A stretch of DNA of 64,000 nucleotides, taken from NCBI GenBank assembly GCA_963851005.1, contig CAWKNI010000002.1, positions 76,253 to 140,252 on the forward strand, in the 5' to 3' direction. Below, piece after piece: positions 16,943 to 25,866 of this stretch. This stretch comes from an uncultured delta proteobacterium. Its GTDB lineage: Bacteria > Desulfobacterota > Syntrophia > Syntrophales > Smithellaceae. Position 1 is the stretch's first letter. The number at the start of each line of letters is the position of its first letter. A program made the position numbers and the translations under genes. The notes beneath the pieces are model-generated. The model had not been told where the DNA came from and ran no database searches. It saw only the letters and a program-made list of their open reading frames with translations.

Positions 16943-17854
16943 ATGAAAAAGACAAATACTTTACATATAGACAAAATATATAAAGGTGATTGTGCGAAGT
17001 TGCTTGCTGACTTAGATATCTTCCCTGATAAAAGCGTTAATTTAATAGTCACATCTCCGCCCTACGCAGATAAAAGAAAAGACGCTTATGAAGGTATGCA
17101 CCCTGACAAATATGTTGAGTGGTTTTTGCCTATAGCAAAAGAACTTTACAGAGTATTAAAGGATGATGGTTCTTTTATTTTAAATATTAAAGAACATCCT
17201 AAAAATGGCGAAAGAAGTACTTATGTTTTAGAATTAATTTTAGCATTGAAAAAGCAGGGATGGTTTTGGATTGAGGAATATTGTTGGTATAAGAAAAATT
17301 CATTTCCTGGAAAATGGCCGAACAGATTTAGAGATGCTTGGGAAAGATGTTTACACTTTACAAAGAATAGTGAATTTAAAATGTATCAGGATGAAGTAAA
17401 AGTGCCTATAGGTGATTGGTCAAAAACAAGATTTAAATCTATGAAAGAAAATGATTTTGTTCGGTACATTTCAAAAAATAATAGTCATTTAGGGCGAAAT
17501 GTTTCCAATTGGTTGGAAAAAAAGAAAGTCTATCCACATAATGTACTAGTATTCGAAGAAGAACATCATTTATATCTGAATAATGTAATTGAAACAGCAG
17601 TTGATGTATCCAAAAAGAATCACAGTGCGAAATTTCCAGTAGAGTTGCCTTCTTGGTTTATAAGATTATTTTCAAAGAAGAATGATATTATCTTAGACCC
17701 ATTTCTTGGTTCAGGCACAACGGCAGTTGCTTCAGTTTTACATAATAGAAAATATGTAGGAATAGAATTAAAAAATGAATATTATAAAGAAGCACAAAGA
17801 AATATTGAAGAAGTGCAAAAAATTATGAAAGATAAAAAGGACAAAAAAGAATAA
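16943..17854 (+). CDS. Beta-class DNA amino-methyltransferase (N4-cytosine or N6-adenine)
   Basis: Motif IV VTSPPY comes near the N-terminus and motif I LDPFLGSGTT near the C-terminus (order IV then I = beta class). Confidence 0.9.
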   Translation: MKKTNTLHIDKIYKGDCAKLLADLDIFPDKSVNLIVTSPPYADKRKDAYEGMHPDKYVEWFLPIAKELYRVLKDDGSFILNIKEHPKNGERSTYVLELILALKKQGWFWIEEYCWYKKNSFPGKWPNRFRDAWERCLHFTKNSEFKMYQDEVKVPIGDWSKTRFKSMKENDFVRYISKNNSHLGRNVSNWLEKKKVYPHNVLVFEEEHHLYLNNVIETAVDVSKKNHSAKFPVELPSWFIRLFSKKNDIILDPFLGSGTTAVASVLHNRKYVGIELKNEYYKEAQRNIEEVQKIMKDKKDKKE

Positions 17855-17927
17855 TTGGAATTGATGCAATTTCGAGTTGAAATAATCGGACACAGTTGTG
17901 ATTGAATATTTAATATTCTGGATTCCC

Positions 17928-17968
17928 GATCAACCGGCATTCGCCGGTCTGCAAGTCGGGAATGACAG
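17928..17968. repeat. REP-like hairpin CTGGATTCCCGA...TCGGGAATGACAG
   Basis: Inverted arms ATTCCCGA/TCGGGAAT with an inner CCGGC-ATTCG-CCGG hairpin. Orientation is opposite to the unit at 12378-12408. Confidence 0.8.
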
Positions 17969-18010
17969 AAGATGATTTCCGGAAAAGGATAAAACTAAGA
18001 GTTTAAAGTT

Positions 18011-18370
18011 ATGAAAGAGCCGCTTTCTTGCCTGCGATGCGGTAAGTGTTGTTTTGTTGATTTGACCGCTTATGCTGAGCAGAAAGATTTTGAACGCTGG
18101 CGCGCCGAAAACAGGCATGACATTCTGGAAATGATCGAACACCGTCATCTTATTTGGGCGGGTGATAGAATGGTTTCTTCGGAGACTGGCGATTACCCGC
18201 GTGAATGTCCTTTCCTTTACAGTTCAGGCGATTCGTGGCTTTGCTCAATATACAACACAAGGCCGTCGGTGTGCCGTGAGTATCATCCGGGTTCGTCGGA
18301 ATTGTGTCCACAATGGAAGGTAAAAGAGAGGGACGGGAAGATTATTTCGAGGAAAAATAAAAAATCTTGA
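18011..18370 (+). CDS. YkgJ-family cysteine-cluster (Zn/Fe-binding) protein
   Basis: N-terminal CLRCGKCC motif plus C-terminal Cys residues; 119 aa. Confidence 0.7.
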   Translation: MKEPLSCLRCGKCCFVDLTAYAEQKDFERWRAENRHDILEMIEHRHLIWAGDRMVSSETGDYPRECPFLYSSGDSWLCSIYNTRPSVCREYHPGSSELCPQWKVKERDGKIISRKNKKS

Positions 18371-18450
18371 TTTTAATATTGCCACGCCGATCAAGGATAG
18401 GCTCGCAATGACAATAGGGAACGATTGGAATTAATAAATAATTTTTGTTT

Positions 18451-18480
18451 CCTGGATTCCCGCCTTCGCGGGAATGACAG
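18451..18480. repeat. REP-like hairpin CCTGGATTCCCGC-CTTC-GCGGGAATGACAG
   Basis: Same flanks as the unit at 17928-17968 but a different, compensated stem. Confidence 0.8.
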
Positions 18481-18489
18481 TGGTGGTTT

Positions 18490-19818
18490 TTAATTAATTA
18501 TTTCTCCGAATAGATCATATTCATCGGTGGAGGTTATTTTGCATTTTACAATACTGCCGGTTTGGACTTTGGATTTTTTAATGTAAGTTACGCCGTCGAT
18601 TTCCGGCGCCTGCCTGCGGCATCTGCCCATATAAGCATAGTCGCCGCGGTCGCTTTCCCCTTCGATAAGCACTTCCTGTATTGATCCATTCATGGTTTTG
18701 TTAATTGCGGCTGAAATTGCCGCCTGCTCGTTCATAATTGTTTCGCGGCGGCGCTCTTTTTCCTTTTCGGATACCTGCGATTTTAAATTCGCGGCGATTG
18801 TTTTTTCTTCTTTCGAGTAGGTAAAGACGCCGAGATGGTCGAACTTTGTTTCGTTCACGAAATCAAGCAGTCTGTTGAATCTTGTTGGCGTTTCGCCCGG
18901 AAATCCGACAATGAGCGATGTTCTCAGGGCGACGCCGGGAATTATTTGGCGGGACAAAGCGATAACGTCTTTGATTTTAGCGCCGGTGACTTTGCGGTTC
19001 ATTGCTCTTAGAATATCATCGTCAACATGCTGAATAGGCAGGTCAATGTAGCGGCAGAATTTTTCATTGGCGGCAATTGTTTCCAGCAAATCAGTGGCAA
19101 CGCGCGCCGGATGGGCGTAAAGCAAGCGTATCCATTTAACGCTTTTTATTTTCGCCATATCGTTTAACAGGGCGGACAGGCGCGGACGTCCTTTCAAATC
19201 TCTGCCGTAATTTGTGCTGTCCTGCGCGGTAATAATTATTTCTTTCATTCCTCTGCCAGCCAGCATTTCAGCCTCCTGAAGAATATCATCCGGTTTCCGA
19301 CTGCGCGCGGCGCCGCGAATTGACGGGATGACGCAGTAGGAACAGCGATTGGAACAGCCGTCGGAAATTTTTAAATATGCGCTTGCAGATGTTGATGATA
19401 AAATCCGCGGGTGCTGAAAATTCATTAAAAAATCCGGTTTGGTGATTACGGCGTTCCGTTTGTGTTTTTCCTTGTCTAATTTACTTACATGGCTGACGAT
19501 GTTGCCGACTTCTCCTGTGCCGATAAATAAATCCACTTCCGGCATTTGAGCGAAAAGCTCCTTGCCGTAGCGCTGGGTGAGACAGCCGGCGACGACAATC
19601 CGCAGCCGCGGGTTGTTTTTCTTTTTTTCTTCGGAGATCGTTAGAATTTCTTCAATGGCTTCTTCCTTGGCCGGATTGATAAATGCGCAGGTATTAACGA
19701 TAACGATGTCTGCGGGATCACTGCCTTCAACGAGCTGTATGCCGGATTGATTTAATAGGCCTCCCATTACTTCCGAATCAATTAGATTCTTCGGACAGCC
19801 CAGGCTGATGATGCGCAC
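18490..19818 (-). CDS. rimO: Ribosomal protein S12 methylthiotransferase RimO
   Basis: RIISLGCPKNLIDSE N-terminus, radical-SAM CSNRCSYC, TRAM C-terminus. I place the start at GTG 19818, where the conserved core begins. The ORF is open to TTG 19953, so the start is uncertain. Confidence 0.85.
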   Translation of the reverse strand: MRIISLGCPKNLIDSEVMGGLLNQSGIQLVEGSDPADIVIVNTCAFINPAKEEAIEEILTISEEKKKNNPRLRIVVAGCLTQRYGKELFAQMPEVDLFIGTGEVGNIVSHVSKLDKEKHKRNAVITKPDFLMNFQHPRILSSTSASAYLKISDGCSNRCSYCVIPSIRGAARSRKPDDILQEAEMLAGRGMKEIIITAQDSTNYGRDLKGRPRLSALLNDMAKIKSVKWIRLLYAHPARVATDLLETIAANEKFCRYIDLPIQHVDDDILRAMNRKVTGAKIKDVIALSRQIIPGVALRTSLIVGFPGETPTRFNRLLDFVNETKFDHLGVFTYSKEEKTIAANLKSQVSEKEKERRRETIMNEQAAISAAINKTMNGSIQEVLIEGESDRGDYAYMGRCRRQAPEIDGVTYIKKSKVQTGSIVKCKITSTDEYDLFGEIIN

Positions 19819-19949
19819 TTTGTTGTGAGACTCAAATTTTGAAAACGAAGTGCATTGAAATTTGTCAGTCGAACAATCCCGCACAGCGGAGGGTATAATA
19901 CCCTGCAGCTTGCTTTGGAATTTATGCCCGTGATTTTGATTTATCTTTT

Positions 19950-22226
19950 TCAACGGGGGAGCTTTCTAATCAGGACTTTTCTGGGTTTTGCGCCGTCGGA
20001 AGGACCGACAATGCCTTCAGCTTCCATTTTTTCAATGATGCGCGCCGCGCGGTTATAACCGATTTTCATATAACGCTGGACAAGTGATATTGACGCCTGT
20101 CCCAATTCCCCGACCAGGGCCACGGCCTCATCATACTTTTCATCGAAATCATCTTCATTGTCATGTTGAGTCTGCGCGGCGGCCAACGCGAATTTATCGA
20201 TGGAGGAATCATAAGCCGGCTGGGCCTGTATTTTGATAAATTCAACAATGCGCGAAATTTCCTTGTCCGAAACATAGGCCCCGTGGATGCGGGACAGTTT
20301 GGATGTGCCCGGCGGAATAAAAAGCATGTCCCCGGCGCCGAGCAGTTTTTCCGCTCCCTGCTGGTCGATGATCGTGCGGGAATCAATTTTAGAAGATACC
20401 TGAAACGAAATGCGCGTGGGGAAATTAGCTTTAATCAAACCGGTGATGACGTCCACCGAAGGTCGCTGCGTGGCAATGATAAGATGAATTCCGGCCGCCC
20501 GCGCCATCTGTGCGAGCCGTGTCAGTGATTCTTCCACGTCCCGCGGCGCGACCATCATTAAATCGGCCAACTCGTCGATGATTACAATTATATAAGGGAG
20601 TTTTGTATGCGTTATTTCATGTTCAACTTTGTCCGACCTGGTTATTTCGGCAGTGTTCTCAATTTCCAGTTCAGAATCCGTATTCTTTTTGGGCAGCGCC
20701 AAAACTGTTTTACTCTTCAGGCCTTTTAAAAGCAGTTCATTGTAAGCGTCGATGTTTTTCGCTTTTAAATCGTTGAGGATCTGGTAACGTCTTTCCATTT
20801 CTTCCACTGTCCAGCGCAAAACTTGTGAAGCTTTTTTCGGATCGACGACTACGGGATGTATCAAGTGAGGAATGCCTTCGTAGGAAGATAGTTCCAGCCT
20901 CTTGGGATCGATCATGAGGAATTTGACGTCATCCGGCTGGGCTTTAAAAAGAATACTGCAAATCATGGCATTGAGCGCGACGCTTTTGCCGGAGCCGGTG
21001 GTGCCGGCAATAAGCAGATGCGGCATTTTTGTCAAATCGGCAACCACAGGCGTGCCCACAAAATTAACGCCTAAAGCAATAGGCAGACGAAAAGACGATT
21101 CCAGAAATGATTCGTTGTCCAGCACTTCTTTGAGAAAAACCTGTTCTCTTTTCAGATTGGGGATTTCAATGCCGATTACAGATTTGCCGGGAATCGGGGC
21201 AAGTATGCGAATGCTTGGCGCCATCAGCGCTAAAGCCAGATCATCAGAGAGATTGACTATTTTGTTGATTTTAACGCCCGGGGCGGGCTCCAGCTCATAC
21301 ATTGTGATTACCGGTCCGGGCATTACTTCCACCACGCGTCCCTCGACGCCGAAGTCAGACAATTTCTTTTCCAGAATGCGGGAATTTGTGACCAGGGAAT
21401 CCCGTTTTACGCGAACATCCTTGCGCGGAGATTCTTCCAGTAATGTAACGGGAGGCAGCTGAAACTTTTCGTTGACGTTGGTTTTAGTGAAATTGAAATT
21501 GGTTTGCTCGATTTTTTTAAGATTTACTTTTTTTACAATTGGCGGAGTGTCTTCGATTATGACCGGTTGTGGTTTTTTTTCTATTTTAACACTCTCCAGA
21601 ACATAATTTACAAAAGACACGATACGGTTTTTGCAAAGAGTGAATAAAGCAGAAAAAAATCGGGAGATTTGTTCCGTTAAAGACACAAGTGAAAATTCAA
21701 CTAGGAATGTCAGCGCCACAACAAAAATCAGAAGTAAAATAATATAAGTGCCCGCGACGTTAAAAGATATGCGGAGAAATTCGACAATAAAAACGCCTAA
21801 TAAGCCGCCTATGCCGTTTTTCAGCGACTCTCCGTAAACGGTGACGCTCCCGCTTAAAAGAATGGCCATGAGTCCGGCAAAAGAAAGAACAAAAAAGAAA
21901 AATCCCACAACCCTTCGGGCGTGGATAGAAAATGCAGGCCGCAAAAAATATTGAAAACTGCAGGCCAGAAGAATGAAAGGAAAAAGAAATGAGGAAACGC
22001 CCAAAAGACGAATTAAAGAATCGGCAGTATAAGATCCGGCCTTACCGGTAAAATTATGCGTTGCCTGACCACTGGATATTAATGGGACATGGGTAAACGA
22101 AGGATCCTGCGGATGGTAGGAGACAAGGCACAAAAGTAGAAATATGGCCAGGGAAAGACAAACTACTCCTTTAATTTCCCTGGTTCTTTTATTATCTTTT
22201 CGCTTTTCTGTTTTTTTCTCTTCCAT
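19950..22226 (-). CDS. ftsK: DNA translocase FtsK/SpoIIIE
   Basis: N-terminal TM helices, Walker A AGTTGSGKSV, IVIIDELADLMM, and a C-terminal gamma wHTH domain. ATG at 22226 is preferred over TTG at 22265. Confidence 0.9.
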   Translation of the reverse strand: MEEKKTEKRKDNKRTREIKGVVCLSLAIFLLLCLVSYHPQDPSFTHVPLISSGQATHNFTGKAGSYTADSLIRLLGVSSFLFPFILLACSFQYFLRPAFSIHARRVVGFFFFVLSFAGLMAILLSGSVTVYGESLKNGIGGLLGVFIVEFLRISFNVAGTYIILLLIFVVALTFLVEFSLVSLTEQISRFFSALFTLCKNRIVSFVNYVLESVKIEKKPQPVIIEDTPPIVKKVNLKKIEQTNFNFTKTNVNEKFQLPPVTLLEESPRKDVRVKRDSLVTNSRILEKKLSDFGVEGRVVEVMPGPVITMYELEPAPGVKINKIVNLSDDLALALMAPSIRILAPIPGKSVIGIEIPNLKREQVFLKEVLDNESFLESSFRLPIALGVNFVGTPVVADLTKMPHLLIAGTTGSGKSVALNAMICSILFKAQPDDVKFLMIDPKRLELSSYEGIPHLIHPVVVDPKKASQVLRWTVEEMERRYQILNDLKAKNIDAYNELLLKGLKSKTVLALPKKNTDSELEIENTAEITRSDKVEHEITHTKLPYIIVIIDELADLMMVAPRDVEESLTRLAQMARAAGIHLIIATQRPSVDVITGLIKANFPTRISFQVSSKIDSRTIIDQQGAEKLLGAGDMLFIPPGTSKLSRIHGAYVSDKEISRIVEFIKIQAQPAYDSSIDKFALAAAQTQHDNEDDFDEKYDEAVALVGELGQASISLVQRYMKIGYNRAARIIEKMEAEGIVGPSDGAKPRKVLIRKLPR

Positions 22227-22334
22227 ATTATTGCGCACATTAAAATAATATGTTGTCAACTGCAAGGATTATTTCAGAAAAAGGACGATTTTACAAGTAA
22301 AGTAAACAATCGGAAATTATAGCGATAGAAAGTT

Positions 22335-23087
22335 TCAAATAGTCGCACTTTTCAGATCTTTAATTTTTAAATTTTTCGGTTCCTGCCAGTCATCATAATT
22401 TTTAAGGATTGCATTTCTAACTTTTTCAGTCAGTTTATCAAGATTTTCAACATCAAAAATTTTTACATCTATTGATTCTCCGATGACCAGTTTTATTTGA
22501 CCAGGTTTTATTCTTACCGATCTTTTGGGCATGATCCGGCCGCTGCCGATAATAGAAACAGGGACAATGGGTACGCCTGATTTAATGGCGAGATGAAATA
22601 CTTCCAGCTTGAAATCGTCGATTTCTCCGTCGCGGTTTCTTGTGCTTTCAGGAAAGGCTATAATCGATTTTCCCTTCCGGATGCGCAAAGCCGCTTCATC
22701 AATGCTTTGCTGGGCTTTCTCTCGATTATGCCGGTCAATTTCAATATAGCCGGCGCTTTTCATTGCCGCGCCGAATAAAGGGATGCTAAATAACTCTTTT
22801 TTTGCAATCCAGCGGAATTGTATGGGGATGCCGGCCAGGACGATTAAGATATCAAAATCGCTTTGGTGATTAGCCATGAAAATCTGTGGTTTCCCGTGCA
22901 GAAGATTTTCTTTGCCGATTACTTTTATCTTTATGTTGCAGATTAAAAGCAAAATTTTAGCCCAGAGATTGGCTACTTTATGGATTTTGTTGTCGGCATC
23001 GGGGAAAAAGGAAAAAACCACTGACCAGAAGGACATAAACGCGGTTACAACGATACCCAATGTGACTAATAATGCTGCATGAATCAT
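22335..23087 (-). CDS. plsC: 1-acyl-sn-glycerol-3-phosphate acyltransferase
   Basis: NHQSDFDI (HX4D) and FPESTR motifs. ATG at 23087 is preferred over TTG at 23117. Confidence 0.85.
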   Translation of the reverse strand: MIHAALLVTLGIVVTAFMSFWSVVFSFFPDADNKIHKVANLWAKILLLICNIKIKVIGKENLLHGKPQIFMANHQSDFDILIVLAGIPIQFRWIAKKELFSIPLFGAAMKSAGYIEIDRHNREKAQQSIDEAALRIRKGKSIIAFPESTRNRDGEIDDFKLEVFHLAIKSGVPIVPVSIIGSGRIMPKRSVRIKPGQIKLVIGESIDVKIFDVENLDKLTEKVRNAILKNYDDWQEPKNLKIKDLKSATI

Positions 23088-23110
23088 AAACGTCCTTTTA
23101 TTCGAGTTTG

Positions 23111-23235
23111 ATACCAATTCGCATTCATTCGTCTACCTTTGTTGGTTGCGTCATCGGCTCCTCGACGTATATTAGAATACGCCTGCGTTGCCTCTTCCTT
23201 GCCGCCTCGGTATACTTTTGACTGCAAATTGGCAT
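23111..23235. repeat. Diverged 125-bp copy of the palindromic intergenic repeat family
   Basis: Starts ATACCAATT, ends AATTGGCAT, with core CTCGACGTAT-ATTAGA-ATACGCCTG. Same length and layout as the copies at 44637-44761 and 58969-59093. Confidence 0.7.
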
Positions 23236-23350
23236 GAGTCGTTTTTTGGGGACGACTTTAAAAACGCATTTGTAAACTTACCACTAAAGGATGTTAAATA
23301 TAAAATAAGGAATATTGAGTGTCAATAATTATATTGATAAATTATACTTT

Positions 23351-24052
23351 CTATTCAATAGACATCAGCGATTCCCAACGTTCCCATTCCGAGGCACAGG
23401 GAAGATTATTTTCCTTGAGAAGATTAACGATTGCCTCTTCATTGAACCTTAGATAGGGGTTTATATGACGTTCGTCAGCCATAGTTGAATAGACATGATT
23501 GGGGTCATATGAGTTAAAAAAACTGTCAATATATTTGTTGTCCGGTTCCAGATGCCTCGCGAAGGCAAGTGAATCGCGGATATAATCATGGCCGGCATAA
23601 ATTTTAGTATTATCCGGAAGGGTCATTAGACGTTTTATCGAATGATAAAAACTTTTCTGGTCGCCGGAAAAACAATTGCCCACAGTTGCGTTAAAAAGAG
23701 TATCGCCCGTGATCAGGCTATCGCCGGTGTGGAAGCAGACGGAATCGCCGGTGTGTCCCGGAGTCCGATAAACAATTATAAATTCGCCATCAATAATTAT
23801 TTTCTCATTATCGGCAAGAGAGGAAGAATTTAAAAACTTTGCTTTTGTTTTTTGCAGCAGATTTTCGTTTCCCGATGTATGATCATAATGCTGATGGGTA
23901 TTGGTGACAAATTTGAGTGTCAGGTTGTTGGAGCCAAGAAACGCAAGAATTTCCTGCCATGCGCCGCCGTCAATAGCTATTGCCTGTGTCTTTCCACTGA
24001 TTATATAGGCAAAATTATCGGTTCCGTATCGAAATTGTTCAATATTTAACAT
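23351..24052 (-). CDS. MBL-fold hydrolase, hydroxyacylglutathione hydrolase-like
   Basis: THQHYDHTSGN (HxHxDH) motif, TPGHTGDS, and a GloB-like C-terminus. Confidence 0.75.
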   Translation of the reverse strand: MLNIEQFRYGTDNFAYIISGKTQAIAIDGGAWQEILAFLGSNNLTLKFVTNTHQHYDHTSGNENLLQKTKAKFLNSSSLADNEKIIIDGEFIIVYRTPGHTGDSVCFHTGDSLITGDTLFNATVGNCFSGDQKSFYHSIKRLMTLPDNTKIYAGHDYIRDSLAFARHLEPDNKYIDSFFNSYDPNHVYSTMADERHINPYLRFNEEAIVNLLKENNLPCASEWERWESLMSIE

Positions 24053-24221
24053 GGGAAAACCTTTCGTAATGTCTTTACATAATATATTCTAAGACATTGA
24101 ATTTGATTAAGAATCGTTTTTTGATAAAATAAGTATAATTAAAGTAGTGCCCATGTGTCAAGATAATCATAAAAGATGAAAAGTCGGTTTCATACCGGCA
24201 ATTTTCATTTTGAGAAAACAT

Positions 24222-24250
24222 TTGACAAATTAAGGTCTTGGTAATAGTAT
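24222..24250 (+). promoter_or_regulatory. Candidate sigma70 promoter TTGACA-17-TAGTAT
   Basis: TTGACA at 24222-24227, exact 17-nt spacer, TAGTAT at 24245-24250. Confidence 0.45.
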
Positions 24251-24271
24251 TACGCCGCTTTTTTAACGCGG

Positions 24272-24291
24272 GCGCTATAAGCGCTTTTTTT
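24272..24291 (+). terminator. Small hairpin plus T-run directly downstream of the candidate promoter
   Basis: GCGCT-ATA-AGCGC followed by TTTTTTT (24285-24291). The stem is short, so this is weak. Confidence 0.3.
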
Positions 24292-24331
24292 AATTTTCAG
24301 TGTTATTTATTTCAGGAGTTATTTACAAACA

Positions 24332-25321
24332 GTGCATAGAATAATGACAAAAAAAAGAGCTTTGGAAATTATTGCCAATTTTCCCCGTGCTGGTGTCCTT
24401 GTGGTCGGAGATGTAATGGTTGATCATTTCATCTGGGGAAATGTCTCCCGTATTTCGCCTGAAGCTCCCGTACCTGTGGTTGATGTCCAAAAAGACAGCA
24501 TTATGCTGGGCGGCTGCGCCAATGTGCTCAACAACATTTATGCTATGGGTGGTAAAGTTTATGTTGCCGGGGTTATTGGCGCGGATAATGTAGGGAAAAA
24601 ATTGCTTACGGAACTGCACGGGCGGAAAATCGAAACAAAAGGCGTTGTTGTGGAAAAAGAAAGGCCGACTACTTTGAAAACGAGAATTGTCGCGCATGGT
24701 CAGCAAATGGTTCGGTTTGATAAGGAAAACAAAAAACCGATTCCTCAATCTAGCACTAATAAAATTCTGGAATACGCAAAATCATTGCGCGGAAAAATTG
24801 GGTCTATAGTTATTTCCGATTACAACAAGGGAGTTATTTCCAGGAAGCTTATAGAAGGAATAAAGAAAATAGCGGAGGATTCAAAAATATTCATTTGTCT
24901 TGATCCCAAGCAAAACAATTTTTCTATATATGAAGGTGTGCATGTGATTACTCCCAACCATCATGAAGCCCAGCGTGCTGCAGGTATGGAAATAACCAAT
25001 GCCGACGATATTCAGCGATTAAGCGAATCTCTTTTAAAAAAGTATGCCTTTCAAGCAATACTCATCACTCGGGGAGAAGAAGGAATGAGTCTTTTTGAAA
25101 ATGGCCGGAAAATTGTTCATACTCATTTTCCGGTTCAGGCAAAAGAAGTTTATGATGTGACCGGCGCCGGAGATACAGTTATCGGCATGCTTGCCCTAGG
25201 CTTGGCGGCGCAGGCCAATATAAAAGAGGCGACATGTCTGGCTAATCTGGCCGCAGGCATTGTGGTCGGGAAGATTGGCACTGCAACTGTCTCTCAAAAA
25301 GAACTTATAGAAGTTTTATGA
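24332..25321 (+). CDS. D-glycero-beta-D-manno-heptose-7-phosphate kinase (RfaE/HldE domain I, PfkB family)
   Basis: VLVVGDVMVDHFIWGNVSRISPEAPVPVV and C-terminal DVTGAGDT. The start is ambiguous (GTG 24332 or ATG 24344). Confidence 0.8.
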   Translation: MHRIMTKKRALEIIANFPRAGVLVVGDVMVDHFIWGNVSRISPEAPVPVVDVQKDSIMLGGCANVLNNIYAMGGKVYVAGVIGADNVGKKLLTELHGRKIETKGVVVEKERPTTLKTRIVAHGQQMVRFDKENKKPIPQSSTNKILEYAKSLRGKIGSIVISDYNKGVISRKLIEGIKKIAEDSKIFICLDPKQNNFSIYEGVHVITPNHHEAQRAAGMEITNADDIQRLSESLLKKYAFQAILITRGEEGMSLFENGRKIVHTHFPVQAKEVYDVTGAGDTVIGMLALGLAAQANIKEATCLANLAAGIVVGKIGTATVSQKELIEVL

Positions 25322-25857
25322 GCAAACCTAACACCGCTGAACCGGTAAAGTTGGTTTTCAGCATTTTTGCAACGGAGGTCGCGCGATTAAACGAGACGAT
25401 AAAAATTTTGTCTGTTGCTTACGGACAACCGGATTTTATAAGCGCGGTAATACCCTTTGATTATACGGATTATTATAGCGCCGAAATGGGAGATGGTCTT
25501 GTCCGGCGCTTTCTGGCAATGGAAAAGTTAATCCGGCCGGAGGAATTGCCCGACATTAAACTGACGACAAATAAGATTGAAAGTAAATCGGCGTTAAATT
25601 CACGGAGGCAGGTTAATATTGACCCCGGTTATATATCCAAGGCGCATTTTATATTAGCTACCGGCAAGGCTTACACTCACCGTCCCTATTTGCGGGAGGG
25701 GATTTATGCCGATTTGACATTAGTTTATCAGGGGAAAAAATTTTGTTCTCTGCCTTGGACTTATCCGGATTACGCGGATGAAAAGCAACTTTTGATGTTG
25801 AGCGAAATCAGGGCGAAATACTTATTGCAGTTAAAAATGGCTGCGCAGTTGGTATAA
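25318..25857 (+). CDS. Conserved hypothetical protein (DUF4416-like)
   Basis: ATGA overlap with the upstream gene; 179 aa. Family guess from NIDPGYIS...HRPYL..GIYADLTL only. Confidence 0.4.
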   Translation: MSKPNTAEPVKLVFSIFATEVARLNETIKILSVAYGQPDFISAVIPFDYTDYYSAEMGDGLVRRFLAMEKLIRPEELPDIKLTTNKIESKSALNSRRQVNIDPGYISKAHFILATGKAYTHRPYLREGIYADLTLVYQGKKFCSLPWTYPDYADEKQLLMLSEIRAKYLLQLKMAAQLV

Positions 25858-25866
25858 GGTGTACAA

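Larger units (their letters stand above)
12409..17927. other. AT-rich genomic island (putative horizontally acquired defence island)
   Basis: 60-nt lines I counted inside the island have 12-20 G+C (lines at 14101, 15001, 16801). Flanking lines have 27-35 (lines at 11401, 19021). The island is bounded by oppositely oriented GTCAT..ATCCAG hairpins at 12378-12408 and 17928-17968. Confidence 0.7.

Noticed and set aside
12717-17854. Assigning the island operon to DISARM, BREX, type I/III R-M or Dnd/Ssp.
   Set aside because: The required hallmark genes are absent (DrmA/DrmB-DUF1998, PglZ/BrxC, HsdS, a fused Res, DndACDE/SspBCD). Only the general MTase+helicase+nuclease logic is shared. A formal classifier run is still needed.
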